The notes under the pieces: generated by a model
What the model saw: only the letters and a program-made list of their open reading frames with translations
What the model was told of the DNA's origin: nothing
The model's database searches: none
Assembly (NCBI GenBank): GCA_031374705.1
Contig: JANMGP010000353.1
Location: 11,099-75,098, forward strand
Origin: Verrucomicrobiaceae bacterium
Lineage (GTDB): Bacteria > Verrucomicrobiota > Verrucomicrobiia > Chthoniobacterales > Chthoniobacteraceae
Length of the DNA stretch: 64,000 nucleotides
Reading direction: 5' to 3'
Translations under genes and position numbers: made by a program
In this document: positions 36,266-46,103 of the stretch, piece after piece
How the letters are laid out: every line of letters starts with the position of its first letter
How positions within the stretch are numbered: position 1 is the stretch's first letter

Positions 36266-37155
36266 GGTGTGGAGCCGTGGGGGAGCTTCTTGGGATCGGG
36301 GGCACCTTCGTATGCTTTCGCGACGGCGGCGTAGTCGAGATCGCCCCAACCGCGAGTGATGGCACCGTAGAGCACGCCTGCCACGCAACTCGTCGCCGGG
36401 ACGTCCAATCCCAGGCTGTTTGCAAGGTGCACGCCGAGCTTCACGTCTTTGAACATGTGCTTCACTGAAAAATGAGGCTCGTAGTCTGCACTGATCATTT
36501 TCGGAAGTTTCAGGTCCGTGACGCCGCTCCGCATCGCATTCAATTCGATGGCGTGAGTGAGCGCCTCGGGGCGGATTCCTGAGCGACTGACGATGGCGAA
36601 CGCCTCTGCGAGGGTCTGCGCGGTGGTCGCGCTGATGAGATTCGTGACGATTTTGATGATTGCGGCCTGGCCGATTTCACCAACGCGAAGCACGGCTTTG
36701 CTTGTCGCCTCGAGTGCGGGTTTTGCGCGGAGGAAAACGTCTTCGTCTCCTCCGACATAGTAAACAAGCTGGCGTTTCTCCGCTGCGCCTTTGCTGCCGG
36801 TGAATGGGGCGTCGAGAAACGACGGTCCCAGCTGCCGGACTTTCTTGGCGGCTTCCAGTGTGGCATCAAGCCCGATGGTTGCGTTGCACAAAATGATGTG
36901 CTGGGGCGTGAGCGCCGGTCGCATGGCGTCGATCATCTCCATGACCGCTGCACCGTCGGCGACGAAAAGCTGGATGATTTCGCAGAGCTCTGCGACTTCA
37001 GAGGGAGAGCCGAGGAAGTTGGGTGCCGGTTTTGGGGTGCGATTCCAGACGAACGACTGAAAGCCTGCGTGGCGGAGGCCCGAGGCGACCCGCGCGCCGA
37101 TAATTCCCAGGCCGAGTACGCCGACGTTCTTTTTGTTTTTTCGAGGTAAAGGCAT
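36262..37155 (-). CDS. NAD(P)-dependent beta-hydroxyacid dehydrogenase (3-hydroxyisobutyrate / 6-phosphogluconate dehydrogenase-like)
   Basis: Rossmann motif VGVLGLGIIGARVA. DAPFTGSKGAAEKRQLVYYVGG. C-terminal all-helical domain with KDVKL. Confidence 0.75.
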   Translation of the reverse strand: MPLPRKNKKNVGVLGLGIIGARVASGLRHAGFQSFVWNRTPKPAPNFLGSPSEVAELCEIIQLFVADGAAVMEMIDAMRPALTPQHIILCNATIGLDATLEAAKKVRQLGPSFLDAPFTGSKGAAEKRQLVYYVGGDEDVFLRAKPALEATSKAVLRVGEIGQAAIIKIVTNLISATTAQTLAEAFAIVSRSGIRPEALTHAIELNAMRSGVTDLKLPKMISADYEPHFSVKHMFKDVKLGVHLANSLGLDVPATSCVAGVLYGAITRGWGDLDYAAVAKAYEGAPDPKKLPHGSTP

Positions 37156-37233
37156 ATTGTTTTCTTCGCGAGCGATCGCTCAATGCAGCAGAGAACGTGA
37201 GCCACTGCAAGCGGGGGAATGCCTTCGGAAGAA

Positions 37234-38115
37234 TCAGGCTTTTACACCGGCGAGGATAATGGAATCTCCCTCGCGCGCCAGCGAGACCCGGAGATTGCTG
37301 CCAGCCGCGAGCTTTTGAGCGCGTGCGAGCATGGCATCCAAAAAATCGTCGTCGTGGGAAGGGTCGTGATGAAACAGATAGAGATGTTTCACGTCGCCAT
37401 CGCGCGCGATTCGAACGACTTCGTCTATCGAACCGTGGCCCCAGCCTACATGCGTGTGATATTCATCAGCCGTGTATTGGGAGTCCATGATCAGAATGTC
37501 CGCGCCGCGGATGAACTCGACCACTTTTCGTTCGATCATGCCGTTCACAGAATCGGCATCATCAGGAGTCCTCGGGGCCGACTCGTGATCCGGGATATAG
37601 CAAATGGAGCCTGCCGCGGTCGTCAGCCGGTATCCGACGCATACGCCGGGATGATTGACGTGGCATGCCTCTCCGGCGATCGAGCCGATCTGGAAATGCA
37701 ACGATTTCAACTCTTCGATGATTATGTTTCCCGGCATCTGTGCCATCGCAATCGGGAAATAGGGGCTCTCCATCTGCCCCGCGAGGGTCGCCTGGAGATC
37801 CTTCCGCGCACCCTCATAGCCGAGGATGTGGACGTGGTTTTGCGGGCTGTAAGCGGGCACAAAAAACGGGAATCCCTGGATATGGTCCCAGTGGGTGTGG
37901 GTAATCAAAAGCGTGATATCCAAGGGGCTGTCGCCGAACTCCTTGGCGAGTGAGCGACCGAGTGGGCGCATCCCGCTTCCTGCGTCAAAAACAATGTGTT
38001 CCCCGTCGGCCCGCAGTTCGATGCAAGCCGTATTTCCGCCGACGCGCATGGTCTCAGGTCCGGGCGTCGGGATGCTGCCGCGAACGCCCCAGAATTTGAT
38101 AATCGCAGGTGACAT
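37234..38115 (-). CDS. MBL-fold metallo-hydrolase
   Basis: ORF 37234..38169 trimmed to ATG 38115 (MSPAIIKFWGVRGSIPTPG). Metal motif LLITHTHWDHIQG; distal HHD. Confidence 0.75.
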   Translation of the reverse strand: MSPAIIKFWGVRGSIPTPGPETMRVGGNTACIELRADGEHIVFDAGSGMRPLGRSLAKEFGDSPLDITLLITHTHWDHIQGFPFFVPAYSPQNHVHILGYEGARKDLQATLAGQMESPYFPIAMAQMPGNIIIEELKSLHFQIGSIAGEACHVNHPGVCVGYRLTTAAGSICYIPDHESAPRTPDDADSVNGMIERKVVEFIRGADILIMDSQYTADEYHTHVGWGHGSIDEVVRIARDGDVKHLYLFHHDPSHDDDFLDAMLARAQKLAAGSNLRVSLAREGDSIILAGVKA

Positions 38116-38463
38116 GCTGGATAACTCCTTGAGTCCCTCGCTCCCGATGCATGCGCCATTCGAGTGCATTAGGCGCGGCTCCTTTGCATGGAAGTGTGGA
38201 AGTGAACGCGCGAAAATCGGACAGCCGCCGGTGCGGTGAAGCGCCGGGTTTCATCGGTTTTTGCGAGCGGGTGCTGGTTCATAAATGGCTTTTGGTTTTG
38301 CGCCGCGAGGAGTTTATATCGTAACCCATGCGGATAAACAAGCCCTGTAGCAGGATGCTTGCCGCGTTTTTTCAAGGCGGCAAAATCCGGTAAATCGCCG
38401 CCACTTTCGAAAGACGGGAAATTCCATTTGACGCGGATGCCCGCGCTTATTATTCCTCAATCA

Positions 38464-38614
38464 GCTCTTATCGAGAGTGGCTGAGGGTTACTGGCCCGAC
38501 GACGCCACGGCAACCGCTCCGTCTTACCATGGGGGCCCAGGTGCCAAATCCAGCCTTGTCGTGCAAGCGGCGGGGGAAGATGGGAGCGAAGTCGGGGACC
38601 ATCGTCCCTTCTTC
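38464..38614 (+). promoter_or_regulatory. SAM-I (S-box) riboswitch: aptamer 38464-38587 plus a downstream hairpin
   Basis: GCUCUUAUCGAGAGUGGCUGAGGGUUACUGGCCCGACGACGCCACGGCAACC...GGUGCCAAAUCCAGC...GGGGGAAGAUGGGAGC. All conserved S-box blocks are present: CUUAUC-AGAG, GAGGG-CUGGCCC-GA-GA, GGCAACC, GGUGCCAA-UCC-GC, AGAUG-GAG. P1 pairs 38464-72 with 38579-87. A hairpin follows at 38588-38614 (GAAG..GGGAC-CAUC-GUCCC..CUUC). Confidence 0.9.
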
Positions 38615-38652
38615 GCCACTTTCGATCGGGGTGCTAAATCGAACTATTCACC

Positions 38653-39912
38653 ATGACCAAGCCGTTTTTCAGCAATCTAAAGTGCCGCGAATGCGGAAAG
38701 CTTTATGAGAAAAAAGCCATCCACGTTTGCGAGTTTGACTTCGGTCCGCTCGAAGCCGCGTACGATTATGACGCCATCAGAGCCTCGATTTCGAGGGCGG
38801 CGATCGAAAGTCGGCCGCAGACGATGTGGCGCTATCGTGAGTTGCTGCCGATCGATGGGGAGCCGACGGTGGGCAGGCAAGTGGGCTTTACCCCGCTGGT
38901 AAAGGCGGACCGGCTGGCAAAGGCCCTCGGCATCAAGGCGCTTTACATTAAGAACGACACCGTCAACTACCCGACGCTCTCGTTCAAAGACCGCGTCGTC
39001 AGCGTTGCCCTGAGCCGGGCGGTGGAACTTGGTTTCAAAGTCGTCGCTTGCGCCAGCACGGGCAATCTTGCGAATTCCGTCGCCGCGAATGCCGCCGCTG
39101 CCGGGCTGAAGAGCTACGTGCTCATCCCGGCGGATCTTGAGCAGGGAAAAGTGCTCGGTTCGCTGGTTTATGGCACCAACGTGATCGGCATCCACGGCCC
39201 GTACGATCAGGTGAATCGCCTGTGCTCCGAAATCGCCGGAAAATACGGATGGGGCTTTGTGAATGTGAACCTGCGCCCTTATTACGCCGAGGGAAGCAAG
39301 ACGATGGGCTTTGAAATCATGGAGCAGCTCGGCTGGCGAATCCCGCGCCACACTGTCGCGCCAATGGCGAGCGGATCGTTGCTCACGAAGATCCACAAGG
39401 CGTACGGCGAGTTTGTAAAATGCGGCATCGTCGAAGAGTCGAAGTTCTCGGTTTATGGCGCGCAGGCCACTGGCTGTGCTCCGATTTCCCATGCCATGAA
39501 GCGCGGCACCGACATGGTGAAGCCCGTGCCAAAGCCCGAGACGATCGCGAAGAGCCTGGCCATCGGAACTCCGGCGGACGGTTACTACGCCATCCATGTA
39601 ATGCGCCAGACGGGTGGAAATGCCGAGGACGTCACCGATGAAGAAATCGTTGAGGGCATCAAGATGCTCGCAGAAAACGAAGGCATCTTCGCCGAGACCG
39701 CCGGCGGCGTGACCGTTGCATGCGCCCGGAAGCTTATCGAAACCGGGAAAATCCCGCGCGACGAGGAGGCCGTCCTCTGCATCACGGGCCACGGACTCAA
39801 AACGCAGGAAGCCATTCAGGGCAAATGCGGCGAGCCAAGGCTCATCAAGCCCAGCCTGCGGGAGTTTGAGGAACACGTTTACAATCGGGACATGGCAGCG
39901 GCGGCGGTGTAG
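38653..39912 (+). CDS. threonine synthase family PLP enzyme (ThrC-like) with N-terminal Cys ribbon; physiological role questioned, see findings
   Basis: PLP-lysine motif PTLSFKDR, glycine loop region and overall length of 419 aa. N-terminal CRECGKLYEKKAIHVCEF. Confidence 0.8.
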   Translation: MTKPFFSNLKCRECGKLYEKKAIHVCEFDFGPLEAAYDYDAIRASISRAAIESRPQTMWRYRELLPIDGEPTVGRQVGFTPLVKADRLAKALGIKALYIKNDTVNYPTLSFKDRVVSVALSRAVELGFKVVACASTGNLANSVAANAAAAGLKSYVLIPADLEQGKVLGSLVYGTNVIGIHGPYDQVNRLCSEIAGKYGWGFVNVNLRPYYAEGSKTMGFEIMEQLGWRIPRHTVAPMASGSLLTKIHKAYGEFVKCGIVEESKFSVYGAQATGCAPISHAMKRGTDMVKPVPKPETIAKSLAIGTPADGYYAIHVMRQTGGNAEDVTDEEIVEGIKMLAENEGIFAETAGGVTVACARKLIETGKIPRDEEAVLCITGHGLKTQEAIQGKCGEPRLIKPSLREFEEHVYNRDMAAAAV

Positions 39913-39968
39913 GCCGACCTCCAGTCTCGACACATCGGCGGGACGTGGCACACTGCATCCCAAGCACT

Positions 39969-42900
39969 ATGCGAATCTCTTTCCTCAGCGCGCTGATTCT
40001 ACCTGCGATTGCCGTCGCGGACGATGCCTCGTTTTTTCGTGAAAAAGTAAGGCCCATCCTGGCCAACACGTGCTTCAAGTGCCACAGCCACGAGGCGGGC
40101 AAGATGAAGGGCGGGCTGGTGCTCGATTCGCGCGAGGGTATGCTCACCGGTGGCGATACCGCTGCCGCGATAGTTCCCGGCAAGCCTGAGGATTCGCTGC
40201 TCATCAAGGCGGTATCTTATTCCGATCCGGACCTCCAGATGCCGCCGAATAAAGGTGATTCGAAAAAGCTCGCAGCCGCGCAGATCGCGATACTGACGGA
40301 GTGGGTGAAGTTGGGCGCTCCATGGCCGGCGGAGGCGAAGGGCCAGAAGATGGTGGCGCGTCCGAAGGGTGCTATCACGGATGAAGATCGGAAGTGGTGG
40401 GCCATCCGGCCGATGGCGCACGTCCAGCCCCCGGAAGGTCCGAGCCATCCCGTGGATGCGTTTCTTTTATCGAAAGCAAAAGCTGCCGGAGTGTCGCCCG
40501 CACAACCTGCGGCGCCGGAACGTCTCGTGCGGCGGATCTATTTTGATCTGGTGGGAGTGCCCCCGACTTTGGCGGAGACGGACGCATTTGTAAAAGCTGC
40601 CGGCGACAACCGTGAGAAAGCGCTCGCGGAGCTCGCGGATCGGCTGCTCGCTTCGCCGCAGTACGGCGAACGGTGGGCCCGCCACTGGCTGGACCTCGTC
40701 CGCTATGCGGAATCGGACGGATACAAGGCGGACGATTATCGCCCCGTTGCCTGGCGCTATCGGGACTATGTGGTGCAGTCGCTGAACGCGGACATGCCGT
40801 ATGATCGCTTCGTGCAAGAGCAGCTCGCGGCGGACGAACTCTGGCCGGGCGATTCACGGGCGCTGGCTGCCACGGGCTTTTTCCGTTCCGCCATTTATGA
40901 GTACAACAATCGCGACGTAGCCAGTCAGCGCCGCACCATTGTCAATGAAGTCACCGATGTGACCGGCGATGTATTCATGGGTCTCGGCGTGGGATGCGCG
41001 CAGTGCCACGACCATAAGTTCGACCCGATTTTGCAGCGCGATTACTACCGGCTTCGCGCCTTTTTCGAGCCGATGCTTTGGCGCGACGATGTCCCTGCTG
41101 CGACGATGCAGGAGTGCGCTGCCTACGAGACAGCGGTGCGCGCATGGGAGGAAAAAACAGCGGCTGTTCGCGCGAAAATCGCACCGCTGGAGGCGAAGGC
41201 TCGGGAAATCGGGCGGCGCAAGGCCATCACAGCATTCCCGCCGGAGACGCAGGAGATCCTGCTGAAGGAAATCAAAGACCTGACTCCGGTGGAACGCCCG
41301 CTCTACGATCTCGCGTTTCGTCAGGTCGGATATGAGTGGGAGCACTTGCTCAACCACTTGAAGGGCGACGAAAAAGACCAGCTCATCCGATTGCAGAAAG
41401 AGCTGTCGGCGTTTGACAGCGCGAAGCCCGCCGTGCTTCCGGCCTTGCTTTCCGTTTCGGATATCGGCTCCGTTGCTCCGCCCACGAGCATCCCGAAGAA
41501 AGAGGGCGAAGTGGCACCGGGATTCCTCACGATACTTTCTCCCGGTGACGCAGCCATCGCGCCGCTCCCAGGCTCCACAGGCCGTCGCGCGGCTTTGGCA
41601 ACGTGGCTTACGAATCCGGAAAACCCGCTCACTGCCCGGGTGATTGTGAACCGCGTGTGGCAGTCGCACTTTGGCCGTGGCCTGGTCGTCAATGCGAGCG
41701 ACTTCGGCAAACTTACCGAGCCGCCCATCCACGGTGAACTGCTCGACTGGCTCGCACGGCGGTTTATTGCGGACGGCTGGTCCTTGAAAAAACTGCACCG
41801 CCTTCTCATCACGAGCGCCGCGTATCAGCAATCCTCGGAAGGCGACGTCGCGCGGGATCCGGAAAATAAATACTACACCCGGCAGCAAAACCGCAGGCTC
41901 GATGCCGAGCAGGTGCGCGACGCAGTGCTCGCCACCACAGGCGAACTGACCGCCGAAGCCGGCGGACCGAGCGCGGGCTGGGACAAGCCCCGGCGCACGA
42001 TCTATACGAAGGTCCTTCGGAATTCACGGGACTCACTGCTCGAAGTCTTCGACGTCCCTGAAGGCTTCCAAAGCACGGCTCTCCGGAACTCCACGACGAC
42101 GAGCACCCAGGCACTCACGCTCTTCAACGGGCCATGGATGCTCGCCCGAGCGAAAGCCCTAGCAAGTCGCGTCAACCGCGATACGTCGGCCGATGTTGGC
42201 GAACGGGCCTTCGCGGCGATGCGCCTCGCGTGGAATCGCGAGCCTTCGAAGACCGAGGTCGATGCCGCGCGTGCCTTCATTGAAAACGAGACGCGACTCA
42301 TCGATTCGCGCCCGCCAGAGATGAAGCCGCTCGCTTTGACCACCGAGAAAATGCCGTTTCGCGAGGGGAAAGGTGTCGTGCTTTCGCCATCGGGCGTGGA
42401 TCGACTTTTCATGCGCGCTTCGGCTGGATTTCCGGATGGTGACTTCACGCTGGAGGCATTTGTCGTGCTCCGTTCCCTTTACGAAAATGCCGAGGTCCGC
42501 ACGATTGCGTCGCACTGGAGCGGCGACAAAAAGGAGACCGGCTGGGCGTTCGGAATCACCGGGCGGCAGTCGCGCTACAAGCCTCAGACGCTGGTGTTGC
42601 TGCTCAATGGCGAAGGCTCGCCGGAGAAGGAAGCGGAGCCGGTTTTCAGCGGCATGCACCTCGAAGTCGGGAAGCCATACTACGTCGCCGTCACTGTGAA
42701 AATCGCGGAGCTCGCCGAAGGCATCACCTTTTACGCAAAGGATCTTTCCAACGACGATCTTCCGCTTCAGGTCGGGACTGTTCCGCACATCACGCGCGGC
42801 GGCATCCGCGGTGCGGGCGACTTCACGCTTGGAGCGCGAGGTACGCAAAAAAGCAGCGTGTGGGATGGAATCATCGACGACGTCCGGCTCTCCCGCGCCG

Positions 42901-43130
42901 CGCTCCCCGCGGAATCGCTGCTACTCAACAGCGGACAGCCGGTGAGCGATTCCACGGTGGGTTACTGGAAGTTCGAATCGAACACGGGCCTCTACAAAGA
43001 CAGCTCGCCAAAAGGTCACGATATCGAGGCCAAAATCGTTCAGAGCAAACCCGCCGACCCCGGAGCGGCTGCGTTCGTGGATTTTTGCCACGTGCTGCTG
43101 AATTCGAATGAGTTTCTCTACGTGGACTGA
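39969..43130 (+). CDS. PSCyt1 / PSCyt2(DUF1549) / PSD1(DUF1553) protein with C-terminal LamG-like domain
   Basis: ORF 39945..43130 trimmed to ATG 39969 (MRISFLSALILPAIAVA). Heme-like CFKCHS, RWARHWLDLVRYAESDGY, CAQCHDHKFDPI, STQALTLFNGPWM. C-terminal WDGIIDDVRLSRAALP is of LamG type. Confidence 0.85.
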   Translation: MRISFLSALILPAIAVADDASFFREKVRPILANTCFKCHSHEAGKMKGGLVLDSREGMLTGGDTAAAIVPGKPEDSLLIKAVSYSDPDLQMPPNKGDSKKLAAAQIAILTEWVKLGAPWPAEAKGQKMVARPKGAITDEDRKWWAIRPMAHVQPPEGPSHPVDAFLLSKAKAAGVSPAQPAAPERLVRRIYFDLVGVPPTLAETDAFVKAAGDNREKALAELADRLLASPQYGERWARHWLDLVRYAESDGYKADDYRPVAWRYRDYVVQSLNADMPYDRFVQEQLAADELWPGDSRALAATGFFRSAIYEYNNRDVASQRRTIVNEVTDVTGDVFMGLGVGCAQCHDHKFDPILQRDYYRLRAFFEPMLWRDDVPAATMQECAAYETAVRAWEEKTAAVRAKIAPLEAKAREIGRRKAITAFPPETQEILLKEIKDLTPVERPLYDLAFRQVGYEWEHLLNHLKGDEKDQLIRLQKELSAFDSAKPAVLPALLSVSDIGSVAPPTSIPKKEGEVAPGFLTILSPGDAAIAPLPGSTGRRAALATWLTNPENPLTARVIVNRVWQSHFGRGLVVNASDFGKLTEPPIHGELLDWLARRFIADGWSLKKLHRLLITSAAYQQSSEGDVARDPENKYYTRQQNRRLDAEQVRDAVLATTGELTAEAGGPSAGWDKPRRTIYTKVLRNSRDSLLEVFDVPEGFQSTALRNSTTTSTQALTLFNGPWMLARAKALASRVNRDTSADVGERAFAAMRLAWNREPSKTEVDAARAFIENETRLIDSRPPEMKPLALTTEKMPFREGKGVVLSPSGVDRLFMRASAGFPDGDFTLEAFVVLRSLYENAEVRTIASHWSGDKKETGWAFGITGRQSRYKPQTLVLLLNGEGSPEKEAEPVFSGMHLEVGKPYYVAVTVKIAELAEGITFYAKDLSNDDLPLQVGTVPHITRGGIRGAGDFTLGARGTQKSSVWDGIIDDVRLSRAALPAESLLLNSGQPVSDSTVGYWKFESNTGLYKDSSPKGHDIEAKIVQSKPADPGAAAFVDFCHVLLNSNEFLYVD

Positions 43131-43135
43131 CCGGC

Positions 43136-43894
43136 CTATTCGCCGGAGAGACCGAAGAGTACCTGGTCGGGGCCGAGCGCGTCGAGGCGTGCGATTTGTT
43201 CAGGTGTAAGCATCGGACGGATCTTCTGCTCGAGCTCATCGGTCATGGATTCGAATTTTTTCCCGAAGTCAGATTCTTCGGCTTCGGTCATCGCACGGTC
43301 GCCAATCCCGGCTGGCAGTGCTTTTTCGAACGCGGCATTGATGAGTGCTTCCATTTTTCCGGTAGTGGCGGCATCGAGATCGAGCGCACCGCTTGCGAGA
43401 AGCGATTGATGATGAGCGAGCACCTTGGGGTCTGAATCTTCAAGGCTGTCCACGAGGGCCTCGTCGCTCAGGAGATTGGCGAGGTCGTCGGTGAGCTTCC
43501 GCAACTCCGCGAGATAGGCGGCGTAGCCCGGTGCTGCTTCATCGGGCGCGTCTTCAAAGCGAACGGAGAAATCGTAAAGGCGGTAGTTGATCGCACCGAG
43601 TGCGCGGGCGAATTCATCGGGCGTCGTGGCGAGTGGCTTGAGCGTTCCATCGGCGCGCTGCGACTTCGCGATGGCTATCGCGGCATCAAGCTCGGTGTCG
43701 TGTTGAACGCTAAATTGAGTGACTGCCGATGGATCGGGCTTTGTGCGGGTGGCCTCCTCGCGGGCCGGTGCCGGCTGGGACACGGCGGAGGATGTTGTCG
43801 AGTGATTCCGGCTGGTCACATAAAAAGTGAACCCGCCGCCGATGAGCATCGCGACGGCGACCAGCGCAGCCGTCTGTAGTTGCTCGGATTTCAT
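43136..43894 (-). CDS. membrane-anchored hypothetical protein, translationally coupled to E2
   Basis: ATG 43894-92 overlaps the E2 TGA stop by 1 nt (TGATG). One N-terminal TM segment (AALVAVAMLIGGGFTFYV). Acidic helical remainder. Confidence 0.55.
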   Translation of the reverse strand: MKSEQLQTAALVAVAMLIGGGFTFYVTSRNHSTTSSAVSQPAPAREEATRTKPDPSAVTQFSVQHDTELDAAIAIAKSQRADGTLKPLATTPDEFARALGAINYRLYDFSVRFEDAPDEAAPGYAAYLAELRKLTDDLANLLSDEALVDSLEDSDPKVLAHHQSLLASGALDLDAATTGKMEALINAAFEKALPAGIGDRAMTEAEESDFGKKFESMTDELEQKIRPMLTPEQIARLDALGPDQVLFGLSGE

Positions 43895-45075
43895 CAAAGC
43901 GTCTCGGGGGCTTGGAGGAGTTCGACGATGCGTGCGAGAAGCCGCCCCGCCGCGCCGCCGTCGAGCACGCGGTGGTCAAAACTGAGCGTCAGGTCCGCCT
44001 CCATCACGGGGAAGAATTCGTTTTTCACCGGGTCCCAGTGCGGCATGTTTCGACCCGCGCCCAGGCCGAGGACGAGTGTCTGCTCGGGGAGGGGAATTGG
44101 CGTCGCCCACGTGAGGCCAAACGTCCCGAAATTCGTAATGGTCGCGATGCTGCCGCCCTGCGCGCTGGCGGGCAGGCGGCGTTGCCGGGCGAGGTCCACG
44201 AGTTCGTCGTATCGCGGCAGGAGCTTCGCGAGCGGGACGGCGTCGGCATTTCTCAGGACGGGGACGAGCACACCGTCCTCGGCCTCGACTGCAAATCCGA
44301 CGTCGATGGCTTTCGGATGCACAATTTTACCGCCGATGAGACGTCCTGCGGGCGCGCTGTTTTCGCCGAGTGCGATGGCAAGCGCGCGGAGCACGTAGAG
44401 CGCCGGTCCGGGTTTTGCGGTCTGCTGTTTGCGGTGGGCGAGCATGGTTCCAAGGGCCACCGGGCGGCCCACGGTGGCGAGCGGGCGCGTCCAGGACCGG
44501 CGCATGGCATCTGCGATGGCGACACGCATGGAGGAGGCCTTGCTCTGTTTGTGTTCGTCGAGGCGGTAGAGAAAATCTTCGAGGTCCTCGATGGTTACGC
44601 GGCCCGCAGCGCCGCTTCCTGCGATGCCGGAGAGGTCGGCCGCATGGAGTCCGAGCTCGTTCATTCGCGCTTTCATTCGTGGCGAAAGATACGCCATTCC
44701 CCCTGCGCTGGCCGGCACCGGAAGTCCGTGTACGGTTGGTATGACTTGTGCCGGCTCCGTCATGGTGCCGGTCGGTTTTGCCATCGCGGACGGGGCCGGA
44801 GAGAGGTTGATTCCGAGCCGCTCGGCGTCGGCGTCGCTCACTTCGATGTATCCGAGGACAGCGCCGACCGGGTAGCTTTGCTGCGGCTCCACACAGATTT
44901 CGACGATGGTTCCATGGCACGGCGATGTGACGCCCATGGTGGCTTTCTGCGTCTCGACTTCCATGACGTCCTGATCGGCGTCCACGTCATCCCCCACTTT
45001 GAATGGAAGATGCACGATGGTCGCTTCAGCGATGCTTTCGCCGAGCTGCGGCATGATGATTGGGATTCGTGGCAT
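43894..45075 (-). CDS. 2-oxoacid dehydrogenase complex E2, dihydrolipoamide acyltransferase
   Basis: Lipoyl domain VETQKATMGVTSPCHGTI. Peripheral subunit-binding domain SPRMKARMNELGLHAADLSGIAGSGAAGRVTIEDL. Catalytic LSFDHRVLDGGAAGRLL. Confidence 0.9.
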   Translation of the reverse strand: MPRIPIIMPQLGESIAEATIVHLPFKVGDDVDADQDVMEVETQKATMGVTSPCHGTIVEICVEPQQSYPVGAVLGYIEVSDADAERLGINLSPAPSAMAKPTGTMTEPAQVIPTVHGLPVPASAGGMAYLSPRMKARMNELGLHAADLSGIAGSGAAGRVTIEDLEDFLYRLDEHKQSKASSMRVAIADAMRRSWTRPLATVGRPVALGTMLAHRKQQTAKPGPALYVLRALAIALGENSAPAGRLIGGKIVHPKAIDVGFAVEAEDGVLVPVLRNADAVPLAKLLPRYDELVDLARQRRLPASAQGGSIATITNFGTFGLTWATPIPLPEQTLVLGLGAGRNMPHWDPVKNEFFPVMEADLTLSFDHRVLDGGAAGRLLARIVELLQAPETL

Positions 45076-45093
45076 GATATCGGAGAATGGAGT

Positions 45094-46092
45094 TTACGCG
45101 CCGAGGAGCTGCCGCATTGCGGCGACAATAGATGGAGCGGTGGGGCGATGCGTGCCCCACAAGTTCGGGTGATAGGGGACCGGTGTGTCTTTTGCGTTCA
45201 GCCGCATCGGCGGAGCGTCGAGCAAGTCAAAGCCCTCGGTGGCTACGCGGGCGACGATTTCCGCCGTCACTCCGCCCCAGGGAAATGCCTCGCCCACCGC
45301 GAGGAGGCGCCCCGTGCGCGAGACACTCGCGAGGATCGTGTCTGTGTCGAGTGGCTTGACGCTGCGAAGATCGATGACCTCGATTTCCCAGCCCTCCGCC
45401 GCGAGCTCGGTCGCGCAGGCGATGGATTCATGGACCATCGCACTGTACGTGGCGATGGTGGCATCGCGTCCCGGCCGCGCCACGCGGGCCTTGCCGGTGG
45501 GGAGCGCGATCTCCGGCAGGCTGTCCGCTTTCAGATGGTAATATAGATACTTGTGCTCGCAGAAGATGACGGGGTCGTCGATTTCCACGGCCTCCAGTAA
45601 CATCGTGTAGGCGTCCTCCACGGTCGCGGGAGTCATCACGATGATGCCCGGATAGTGTGCATAAAGCGCCTCCATGCTTTGCGAGTGGAACGGTCCCGCG
45701 CCAGCCGTGCCGCCGCTCGGCAGGCGGATGACAATCGGGCAGGGTGTGCCGGTGCGCCATTTCATTGTGGCGGCGTGCTGGACGATCTGCGTGTAGCCAC
45801 ACGTGGAGAAATCGGCGAACTGCATCTCGACAATCGGGCGCAGCCCTTCGAGCGCGGCACCGATCGCCATCCCCACTTGCGCGTCCTCGGAAATGGGTGA
45901 ATCGAGCACACGCCCCGGGAATTCTTTTGCGAGTCCTTTCGTCGCTTTGAAGGCTCCACCAAAATCCGCGATGTCCTGACCGTAAATAAAGACACGGGGG
46001 TCGTCGGTGAGCAGCTTGTGCTGCGCGGCGCGGATCGCTTCGAGGTAGGTGATCGATGCGTTCGAGCGAGTGGTTGGTTGTTTTTGAAACAC
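45094..46092 (-). CDS. 2-oxoacid dehydrogenase E1 component, beta subunit
   Basis: ORF 45094..46227 trimmed to GTG 46092, 12 nt after the E1-alpha stop. ITYLEAIRAAQHKLLTDDPRVFIYGQDI..GGAFKATKGL..FPGRVLDSPISE. Confidence 0.9.
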   Translation of the reverse strand: MFQKQPTTRSNASITYLEAIRAAQHKLLTDDPRVFIYGQDIADFGGAFKATKGLAKEFPGRVLDSPISEDAQVGMAIGAALEGLRPIVEMQFADFSTCGYTQIVQHAATMKWRTGTPCPIVIRLPSGGTAGAGPFHSQSMEALYAHYPGIIVMTPATVEDAYTMLLEAVEIDDPVIFCEHKYLYYHLKADSLPEIALPTGKARVARPGRDATIATYSAMVHESIACATELAAEGWEIEVIDLRSVKPLDTDTILASVSRTGRLLAVGEAFPWGGVTAEIVARVATEGFDLLDAPPMRLNAKDTPVPYHPNLWGTHRPTAPSIVAAMRQLLGA

Positions 46093-46103
46093 GTTTTCTT
46101 TTC

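Noticed and set aside
38677-39963. 428-aa minus-strand ORF
   Set aside because: It is antisense to the ThrC-family gene, and the riboswitch orientation supports the plus-strand gene.
43912-45546. 544-aa plus-strand ORF
   Set aside because: It is antisense to the E2 and E1-beta genes, which carry clear family signatures.
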